DNA of 64,000 nucleotides from Candidatus Ruminococcus intestinipullorum (lineage in GTDB: Bacteria; Bacillota; Clostridia; Lachnospirales; Lachnospiraceae). The stretch lies in assembly GCA_018883985.1 (NCBI GenBank), contig JAHLFA010000084.1, positions 39,701 through 103,700 of the forward strand. The letters run 5' to 3'. The notes below the pieces were generated by a model. It had not been told where the DNA came from. It was given only the letters and a program-made list of their open reading frames with translations, and made no database searches. Shown here piece after piece: positions 56,739 through 64,000 of the stretch (positions are counted from its first letter, which is position 1; the number at the start of each line of letters is the position of its first letter). The translations under genes and the position numbers were made by a program.

Positions 56739-57509
56739 GTGGACGCATATACAAGTTTTGCAGCAGTTTATGATACGTTTATGGATAATATCCCATATGA
56801 GGAATGGATGGAATATCTGCATGGTTTACTACAGGAATACGATATAAAAGATGGTTTATTATTGGATTTGGGATGTGGAACAGGTACAATGACAGAGCTT
56901 CTTGCAAATGCAGGTTACGATATGATTGGTATTGATAATTCTGAGGAGATGCTAGAGATAGCAAGGCAGAAGCAGATACAGTCTGGAAATTCCATTTTAT
57001 ACTTACTTCAAGATATGAGAGAATTTGAATTGTATGGAACAGTAAGGGCTGTTGTCAGTATTTGTGATTCTATTAATTATATTACGGAAGATGAAGAGTT
57101 AAAAGAAGTATTTCATTGGGTAAATAATTATTTAGATCCAGGTGGAGTGTTTATTTTTGATTTTAATACAGAATATAAGTATCGTGAAATCTTAGGAGAT
57201 CAGACGATTGCTGAAAATCGAGAGGATTGTAGCTTTATATGGGAAAATTATTATTATGAAGAAGAAAAGATTAATGAATATGAGCTAAGTCTTTTTATAC
57301 GCCAACAAGATACAAAGAATTGTAAAGATGCTCTCTATAGAAAATATCAAGAAACACATTTTCAAAAGGCATATACATTAGAAGATATGAAAAGATTGTT
57401 AGAAGAAGCTGGAATGGAGTTTATTGCAGCTTATGATGCATTTTCAAGAAATAGCCCTACTAAAGAAAGTGAAAGAATTTATGTGATAGCAAGAGAGCGT
57501 GGAAAATAG
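56739..57509 (+). CDS. Class I SAM-dependent methyltransferase
   Basis: 'LDLGCGTG', 'IDNSEEML', 'LDPGGVFIFD'. Confidence 0.9.
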   Translation: MDAYTSFAAVYDTFMDNIPYEEWMEYLHGLLQEYDIKDGLLLDLGCGTGTMTELLANAGYDMIGIDNSEEMLEIARQKQIQSGNSILYLLQDMREFELYGTVRAVVSICDSINYITEDEELKEVFHWVNNYLDPGGVFIFDFNTEYKYREILGDQTIAENREDCSFIWENYYYEEEKINEYELSLFIRQQDTKNCKDALYRKYQETHFQKAYTLEDMKRLLEEAGMEFIAAYDAFSRNSPTKESERIYVIARERGK

Positions 57510-57531
57510 CATAGAAATGAGGAAAAATAAA

Positions 57532-58404
57532 ATGAGTGATTATATTGTAAGAGCAACAGCAGCGAACGCTCAAATTCGAGCATTTGCCGCATCTACAACA
57601 GAATTAGTTGAGGAAGCAAGAGTACGTCATAATATGAGTCCAGTAGCAACTGCGGCATTGGGACGATTGTTAACTGGTGGAGCTATGATGGGAAGTATGA
57701 TGAAAAATGATCGTGATGTTCTTACATTACAAGTACAGTGTGGAGGCCCTATTGGAGGAATGACAGTTACTGCAGATAGTCATGGAGTTGTGAAGGGATA
57801 TGTACACAATCCAGATGTAATGCTGCCACCTAAAAATGGAAAATTAGATGTGGGTGGAGCATTGGGAGCAGGATTTTTAAACGTTATTAAGGATATGGGA
57901 TTAAAAGAGCCATATTCAGGTCAAACAATTTTACAAACAGGAGAGATTGCAGAAGATTTAACCTATTATTTTGCAACTTCTGAGCAAGTACCATCTTCTG
58001 TGGGGCTTGGTGTTTTAATGGACAAAGATAATACAGTAAGATGTGCAGGTGGATTTATTATTCAAGTAATGCCATTTATTGAAGAAGAGGTATTAAATAA
58101 GTTAGAAGAAAATATCAAAAATATACAATCTGTAACAGCTATGCTAGATAATGGACATACTCCAGAAGAAATGTTAAATCAAGTATTAGATGGTATGGAT
58201 GTGGAAATTACAGATACAATACCTACTAAGTTTGCATGCAATTGTTCAAAGGATCGAATTGAAAAGGCAATTATTAGTATTGGGAAGAAAGACATTCAGG
58301 AAATGATTGAAGAGGGAGAGCCAATTGAAGTGAAATGTCATTTCTGTAATACTGCATATCAGTTTCCTGTAGATGAATTGAAGGAGCTATTGGAACGAGC
58401 ATAG
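57532..58404 (+). CDS. hslO: Hsp33 redox-regulated chaperone
   Basis: 'AALGRLLT', 'SEQVPS', zinc motif 'CNCS...CHFC'. Confidence 0.93.
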   Translation: MSDYIVRATAANAQIRAFAASTTELVEEARVRHNMSPVATAALGRLLTGGAMMGSMMKNDRDVLTLQVQCGGPIGGMTVTADSHGVVKGYVHNPDVMLPPKNGKLDVGGALGAGFLNVIKDMGLKEPYSGQTILQTGEIAEDLTYYFATSEQVPSSVGLGVLMDKDNTVRCAGGFIIQVMPFIEEEVLNKLEENIKNIQSVTAMLDNGHTPEEMLNQVLDGMDVEITDTIPTKFACNCSKDRIEKAIISIGKKDIQEMIEEGEPIEVKCHFCNTAYQFPVDELKELLERA

Positions 58405-58418
58405 AAAGGAGAAACAGT

Positions 58419-60362
58419 ATGAAACAGGGATTTGTACGTGTAGCTGCTGTAACACCAAATGTACGAGTTGCAGACGTAGAGTTTAATACACAAAGTATTT
58501 GTGAAGAGATTCAAAGGGCAGAAGATAAAAAGGCAAAAGTTGTGGTGTTTCCAGAGCTATGTATTACAGGATATACTTGTGGAGATTTGTTTTCTCAAGA
58601 GATTCTATTGAAAGCAGCCAAAGAAGCATTGGTAAAAATAGCAGCATTTACTACACAGAAAGATATGCTTGTATTTGTAGGGCTGCCTCTTTGTGTAGGT
58701 GGAGAGCTTTATAATGTTGCCGCTGCATTGAATAAAGGAAAAATTTTAGGATTGACTACAAAGACGTTTCTTCCTAATTATGGAGAGTTCTATGAGATGC
58801 GACAGTTTTGTGCAGGACCTAAAAGCGTAAAAGAGGTTACAATTGCAGGGCAATCAGTTCCTTTGGGTCAGCAATTGCTCTATCAAGCCAAAGAAATGGA
58901 GGGATTGGTAGTTGCAGCAGAAATTTGTGAGGATGTATGGTCTGTAATGCCACCTAGTAATCAAGCAGCTTTAGAGGGGGCAACTGTAATAGTGAATTGT
59001 TCTGCTAGTGATGAAACTGTAGGAAAAGCTCATTATCGAAGAACATTGATTGCAGGGCAATCAGCAAGATTGATTGCTGGTTATGTATACGCCAATGCTG
59101 GAGAGGGAGAATCTACGACAGATTTGGTGTTTGGCGGACATAATATAATAGCTGAAAACGGAACAATTCTTTCTGAGTCTAAGCGTTTTCAAAATGGAAT
59201 CATATACTCTGAATTAGATGTTCATAGAATTTTAAATGAACGAAGAAAAAATACAACTTTTCAAAATAGCGAAGAGGGAGCATGGAAGAGAATATATTTT
59301 TCAATTCAAGAAGAGGAAACACCTCTTACAAGAGTATTTCCAAGAAAGCCATTTGTCCCTCAGGATATGAAAGAGAGAGAAGCAAGGTGTGAGGAAATCT
59401 TAACCATTCAAGCAATGGGCTTGAAAAAACGATTGCTGCATACAAATGCAAAAACAGCAGTAGTGGGAATTTCAGGAGGATTGGATTCTACATTGGCGTT
59501 GCTTGTCACAGCAAAAGCGTTCGAGTTGGCAAAAAAGGATAAAAAGGATATTTTAGCTATTACAATGCCTTGCTTTGGAACAACAGATAGAACGTATAAA
59601 AATGCATGTAAAATGTCAATTCAATTAGGAGCTACTCTACAAGAGGTATCTATTCAGGAATCTGTACAGTTGCATTTTCAAGATATTAATCATGACCCAA
59701 ATAAACATGATGTAACATATGAAAATGCACAGGCAAGAGAAAGAACGCAGGTTTTGATGGATATTGCAAATCAGAATAATGGATTGGTAATAGGAACTGG
59801 AGATTTATCAGAATTGGCATTAGGTTGGGCAACATATAATGGAGATCATATGTCAATGTATGGGGTCAATGCTTCTATTCCAAAGACATTGGTACGCCAT
59901 TTGGTTCAATATGCAGCAGATACTACACAAGATGTACAGTTACAAGGTGTATTGTATGATGTGTTAGATACTCCAGTAAGCCCAGAACTTTTACCACCAC
60001 AAGATGGAAATATCGCACAAAAAACGGAAGATTTAGTAGGGCCATATGAGTTACATGATTTCTTTTTATACTATATTCTCAGATTTGGATATGAGCCATC
60101 TAAGATTTATCGATTGGCTTTAGAAACATTTTCAAATGATTATCGTCCAGAAGTAATATATAAATGGTTATCTACATTTTGCAGACGCTTTTTTGCACAA
60201 CAATTTAAAAGATCTTGTCTTCCAGATGGACCAAAGGTAGGAACGATTGCATTATCCCCTAGGGGAGATTGGAGAATGCCAAGTGATGCTTGTGTTACAC
60301 TTTGGATGAAAGATTTAGAGGGAATAGCAAAAGAAGGGAGCTTATTGGATGAAAGAAATTAA
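58419..60362 (+). CDS. nadE: Glutamine-dependent NAD+ synthetase
   Basis: Nitrilase domain 'FPEL', 'EICED'; synthetase 'GISGGLDS', 'ENAQARER', 'QQFKR'. Confidence 0.93.
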   Translation: MKQGFVRVAAVTPNVRVADVEFNTQSICEEIQRAEDKKAKVVVFPELCITGYTCGDLFSQEILLKAAKEALVKIAAFTTQKDMLVFVGLPLCVGGELYNVAAALNKGKILGLTTKTFLPNYGEFYEMRQFCAGPKSVKEVTIAGQSVPLGQQLLYQAKEMEGLVVAAEICEDVWSVMPPSNQAALEGATVIVNCSASDETVGKAHYRRTLIAGQSARLIAGYVYANAGEGESTTDLVFGGHNIIAENGTILSESKRFQNGIIYSELDVHRILNERRKNTTFQNSEEGAWKRIYFSIQEEETPLTRVFPRKPFVPQDMKEREARCEEILTIQAMGLKKRLLHTNAKTAVVGISGGLDSTLALLVTAKAFELAKKDKKDILAITMPCFGTTDRTYKNACKMSIQLGATLQEVSIQESVQLHFQDINHDPNKHDVTYENAQARERTQVLMDIANQNNGLVIGTGDLSELALGWATYNGDHMSMYGVNASIPKTLVRHLVQYAADTTQDVQLQGVLYDVLDTPVSPELLPPQDGNIAQKTEDLVGPYELHDFFLYYILRFGYEPSKIYRLALETFSNDYRPEVIYKWLSTFCRRFFAQQFKRSCLPDGPKVGTIALSPRGDWRMPSDACVTLWMKDLEGIAKEGSLLDERN

Positions 60363-61371
60363 GACACAGGAAGCTTTAGGGGCAATTTTATGTCACGATA
60401 TCACTCAGATTATTCCAGGTGTCAAAAAAGAGGCAGTGTTCAAAAAAGGACATGTTATCAAGGAAGAGGATATTCCAGTTTTATTGTCGGCAGGAAAAGA
60501 ACATATTTATGTATGGGAAGCACAAGACGGTATGTTGCATGAAAATGATGCAGCAAAGATACTATGCGAGATTTCAAGAGGACAAAATTTACAGCCATCC
60601 ACACCAAAAGAGGGAAAGATAGAGTTGACGGCTCTGTGTGATGGTATCCTAAAGGTCAATAAGGTAAAATTGAATCAATTGAATGCAATGGGGCAGATTA
60701 GTATTGCATCAAGACATGGAAATTTTCCTGTAAAGGCAGGAGACAAAATTGCTGGAATGCGTGTAATTCCGTTAGTTATTGAAGAAGAAAAGATGACACA
60801 AGCCAAGAAGCTATGTGAAGGAGAACACTTATTTGAAATACTTCCATTCCATTCTATGAAAGTGGGAATTGTTACAACTGGAAGTGAGGTTTATTATGGA
60901 CGTATTCAAGATACATTTACACCAGTTGTAAAAGAAAAGTTAAGGGAAGTAGGATTGCAAGTATTAGGAAATACAGTTTGCAACGATGACTCTAAGATGG
61001 TTACAGATGCTATATTAAAGTGGATTGAAGAGGGTGCTGAAATGGTTGTCTGTACAGGTGGAATGAGTGTGGATCCAGACGATAGAACGCCACTATCAAT
61101 TAAAAATGCATCGGATGAGATTGTTACGTATGGAGCCCCTGTTTTACCAGGTGCAATGTTTATGTTAGCATACCATGGAGAGGTTCCAATTTTAGGACTT
61201 CCAGGATGTGTGATGTACGAAAAGCGTACGATATTTGATTTAGTCCTTCCAAGATTAGCGGCAAAAGAGCGTTTGAAAACAGAAGATTTTACTACATTAG
61301 GAGAAGGTGGACTCTGTACGTCCTGCCCAATTTGTACATTTCCAAATTGTGGTTTTGGGAAAGGAGCGTAA
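60349..61371 (+). CDS. Molybdopterin-binding (MoeA-like) protein
   Basis: 'TTGSEV', 'TGGMSVDPDDRTP', 'GLPGC', C-terminal 'CTSCPICTFPNC'. Confidence 0.85.
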   Translation: MKEIKTQEALGAILCHDITQIIPGVKKEAVFKKGHVIKEEDIPVLLSAGKEHIYVWEAQDGMLHENDAAKILCEISRGQNLQPSTPKEGKIELTALCDGILKVNKVKLNQLNAMGQISIASRHGNFPVKAGDKIAGMRVIPLVIEEEKMTQAKKLCEGEHLFEILPFHSMKVGIVTTGSEVYYGRIQDTFTPVVKEKLREVGLQVLGNTVCNDDSKMVTDAILKWIEEGAEMVVCTGGMSVDPDDRTPLSIKNASDEIVTYGAPVLPGAMFMLAYHGEVPILGLPGCVMYEKRTIFDLVLPRLAAKERLKTEDFTTLGEGGLCTSCPICTFPNCGFGKGA

Positions 61372-61372
61372 C

Positions 61373-62329
61373 ATGAGTGCTTTTTATAAAGAATTATCAC
61401 AAAGACTTGAGAAAGAATCCTGTTGGGCAGTTACGATATTGACGGGAGAAAATGCTGGAAAAAAATATATTTCAGAAAAACCTATTGATACAATAGAGGA
61501 AGAAAGAGTGTTTTGTGAGAAGGTAGGAAATGCAGAGAAACTTGTCATTTGTGGAGGAGGTCATGTTTCTATGCCTATTATCAAAATTGGAAAGATGCTA
61601 GGGTTTCAGGTTACCGTTTTAGAAGACCGTCCTCAATTTGCAAATCATGCTAGAATAGCAGGGGCAGACCATGTGATTTGCGAAGAGTTTACTCATGCTC
61701 TTTCTTCCATTGATGGAGATGCAGATACGTATTTTATTATTGTTACTCGAGGACATAGATATGATGCATTGTGCCTAGAGGAAATATTAAAGAAGAGTAG
61801 AGCTTATGTAGGGATGATGGGTAGCAGAAGAAGAGTAGCAATTGTAAAGGAAAATTTAAAAGAAAAAGGAATTCAAACAGAGCAGATAGACTCTGTATAT
61901 ACACCAATTGGTTTGGATATAGGAGCAGAAACACCCGAGGAAATTGCGATTTCTATTTTAGCAGAAGTTATTCAAATTAAGAGAAAAAACAGCAGAGCTG
62001 GAATATATTCAAAAGAATTGTTAAGTATTCTTTGTGGAGAAAAGTATGGAGAGCAAAAAAAGGTTTTAGCAACAATTATCTCTAGAAAAGGTTCTGCACC
62101 AAGAGGTGTAGGTACAAAGATGTTAGTTCTAGAAGATGGAACGATTATTGATACGATTGGTGGAGGTTGTGCAGAAAGCGATGTCATTGCAAAAGCACTC
62201 TTGATGATGAGAAGAGAAGAGCCATATTTTCAAATATGCACAGTTGATATGAGCATGGAAGCGGCAGAAGAAGAGGGAATGGTTTGTGGTGGCAGACTTG
62301 AAGTGATGCTGGAGAGAGTGAAAGATTAA
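61373..62329 (+). CDS. XdhC/CoxI family molybdenum cofactor maturation protein
   Basis: 'GGGHVS', 'TRGHRYD', 'PIGLDIGAETPEEIA', 'GSAPR', 'IGGGCAE', 'CGG'. Confidence 0.88.
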   Translation: MSAFYKELSQRLEKESCWAVTILTGENAGKKYISEKPIDTIEEERVFCEKVGNAEKLVICGGGHVSMPIIKIGKMLGFQVTVLEDRPQFANHARIAGADHVICEEFTHALSSIDGDADTYFIIVTRGHRYDALCLEEILKKSRAYVGMMGSRRRVAIVKENLKEKGIQTEQIDSVYTPIGLDIGAETPEEIAISILAEVIQIKRKNSRAGIYSKELLSILCGEKYGEQKKVLATIISRKGSAPRGVGTKMLVLEDGTIIDTIGGGCAESDVIAKALLMMRREEPYFQICTVDMSMEAAEEEGMVCGGRLEVMLERVKD

Positions 62330-62373
62330 TATGAAAAATGCCAGATTTTTTGTGAATCTGGCATTTTTTATGT

Positions 62374-63693
62374 TTATTCATCTTTTGGAAGAACGGTATT
62401 TAATAAAATAGCCATAATGGTTGTAACAACAACAGGAGATTTTCCAAATACCATAGTCACCCAACTTGGGAATCCACTGAGGGCAGCACTTGCCTGAGAA
62501 ATTCCCATTCCCAAAGCAACAGAAAGGCCTACAACAGAAGAATTTCTAAATGTAAGATTTTCTCCAGCAATTAATTTCATACCTGTCATAGCAATTGAAG
62601 CAAAGACAGAAACAGTAGCACCACCCAATACACAGTAAGGGATTGTGGTTAAAAGAGATGAGAATTTTGGAATTAATCCAGCAATTAAAATAATAATAGC
62701 GGCACCACCAAGGACACAACGGTTAATTACCTTAGTTGTTGCTACAATACCAACATTTTGACTAAAAGTAGCAGTAGGAAGTCCTCCCATCAAAGCTCCA
62801 CAAATATTTGTAAATCCATAGCCCACAATACCACCTTGTAGTTCATTATCTGAAGGCATACGATCCATTCCACCACTTGTTGTTGCAGAAAAATCACCAA
62901 TTGCTTGAATGGAATTTATAACAAACAAGACAGAAATAGCAACACAAGCAGATGGTTCAAATTTCAAACCAAAATGTAGAGGTTTTGGAAGCTGGAACAT
63001 AGCAGCCTCAGCAACTGCTGAAAAATCAACCATACCAAAGAAAAGTGAAATAATATAGCCTACAATAATTCCAATTAAGATAGAAGCTAATTTAAAAATT
63101 CCTTTTCCAAAGTGATTTAATACAGTAACAACAGTTAATGTAATACCAGCTACGAGCCAGTTTTGCCATTGCCCATATGTTGGACTAGAAGTTCCACCAG
63201 CCATATAGTTAATAGCAGTTGGATATAAAGAAAGTCCTACGGTAAAAACAACAGTTCCAGCAATGAGTGGTGGGAAAAATTTACGAATCCTTTTAATGAA
63301 AAGACCCACAAAAATTGCGACAATACCACCAACAAGCTGAGCACCTAAAATTGTTGCAATATCAAACTCTTCTGCAATGGATTGCATACTAGGAAGATAT
63401 GCGAAACTAATTCCCATAATAACAGGTAGTCCAGATCCTAAAACAAAATATTTTGTTTTTATAAAAGGGAAAAGTTGAATAAGAGTGGAAAACGCAGCAA
63501 CTACAAGTGCTACTTGAATTAAAAGTACTGTTTCGGCTTCAGAAAGTCCTGCCACTCCAGCGATAATAATGGAAGGCGTAACACATCCAACAATCATAGC
63601 AACCACATGTTGAAGGGCTAATGGTAAGGCTTGACCAAATGGAGGGACTCCGTTTAGTTCAAAAATAGTTGTATTTTTGTTTTGATTTTCCAT
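62374..63693 (-). CDS. NCS2 xanthine/uracil permease
   Basis: 'LQHVVAM', signature 'FSQNVGIVATT', 'VLGG'. Confidence 0.9.
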   Translation of the reverse strand: MENQNKNTTIFELNGVPPFGQALPLALQHVVAMIVGCVTPSIIIAGVAGLSEAETVLLIQVALVVAAFSTLIQLFPFIKTKYFVLGSGLPVIMGISFAYLPSMQSIAEEFDIATILGAQLVGGIVAIFVGLFIKRIRKFFPPLIAGTVVFTVGLSLYPTAINYMAGGTSSPTYGQWQNWLVAGITLTVVTVLNHFGKGIFKLASILIGIIVGYIISLFFGMVDFSAVAEAAMFQLPKPLHFGLKFEPSACVAISVLFVINSIQAIGDFSATTSGGMDRMPSDNELQGGIVGYGFTNICGALMGGLPTATFSQNVGIVATTKVINRCVLGGAAIIILIAGLIPKFSSLLTTIPYCVLGGATVSVFASIAMTGMKLIAGENLTFRNSSVVGLSVALGMGISQASAALSGFPSWVTMVFGKSPVVVTTIMAILLNTVLPKDE

Positions 63694-63715
63694 AAATGCT
63701 CTCCTTTTATCCTTA

Positions 63716-64000
63716 TTACACTTCTTCTTGTATAGCTGCAATTACTTCTACTTCGCATAAGACATCTTTTGGGAGAGCCTTTACAGCAACACAGGAGCGA
63801 GCAGGTTTTCCAGTAAAATATTTTGCATAAACACTGTTAAATGCTGCAAAATCATCCATATTCGCAAGAAAACAAGTTGTTTTTACAACATCTGTGAATT
63901 TTGCGTTTTGGCTATCTAAAAGTGCAGAAATATTCTGCATTACCTGTTCAGCCTGTTCTTCGATTGTTGTCCCAATTACTTCTCCAGTTACAGGGGATAG
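63716..64000 (-). CDS. ridA: RidA/YjgF family protein, 5' end outside the window
   Basis: 'VVKTTCFL..M.DFAAFNSVY...PARSCVAV..LPK...EVE'; frame is open to the window edge. Confidence 0.9.
   Translation of the reverse strand, partial: LSPVTGEVIGTTIEEQAEQVMQNISALLDSQNAKFTDVVKTTCFLANMDDFAAFNSVYAKYFTGKPARSCVAVKALPKDVLCEVEVIAAIQEEV

Overview
Low-GC Gram-positive DNA, most consistent with a gut Clostridia/Lachnospiraceae genome (inferred from gene content). About the first 33 kb is an accessory region. It begins with sugar-gene fragments and a mobilisable integrative element (MobC, relaxase, oriT, excisionase, tyrosine integrase, dUTPase/ThyX module). This is followed by a tandem stack of decayed related elements, separated by three DIFFERENT 3' halves of tRNA-Arg(CCT) that share only the core CTCCTAAGCG (11893, 19122, 23372). 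Each half lies about 260-280 nt downstream of a sigma70-type promoter. Two are preceded by the same ~260-nt non-coding, probably structured sequence (about 90% identical, no indels, one compensatory base pair), which in both cases follows a Schlafen/AlbA_2-ATPase-HTH gene or remnant. Cargo includes a five-gene polyamine operon behind a ~400-nt structured leader, a DUF3990/DUF3791-like toxin-antitoxin cassette, a DUF4869 plus P-loop ATPase pair, two beta-galactosidases and a defective IS200/IS605 (tnpB) element. The remaining 31 kb looks like ordinary chromosome: a two-component/ABC module, an N-glycan utilisation locus (GH29, GH20, GH2, GH18, PMI-ROK fusion), nagA, hslO, nadE, molybdenum-cofactor/purine genes and ridA. 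All family assignments come from motif recognition by eye; no database search was run.
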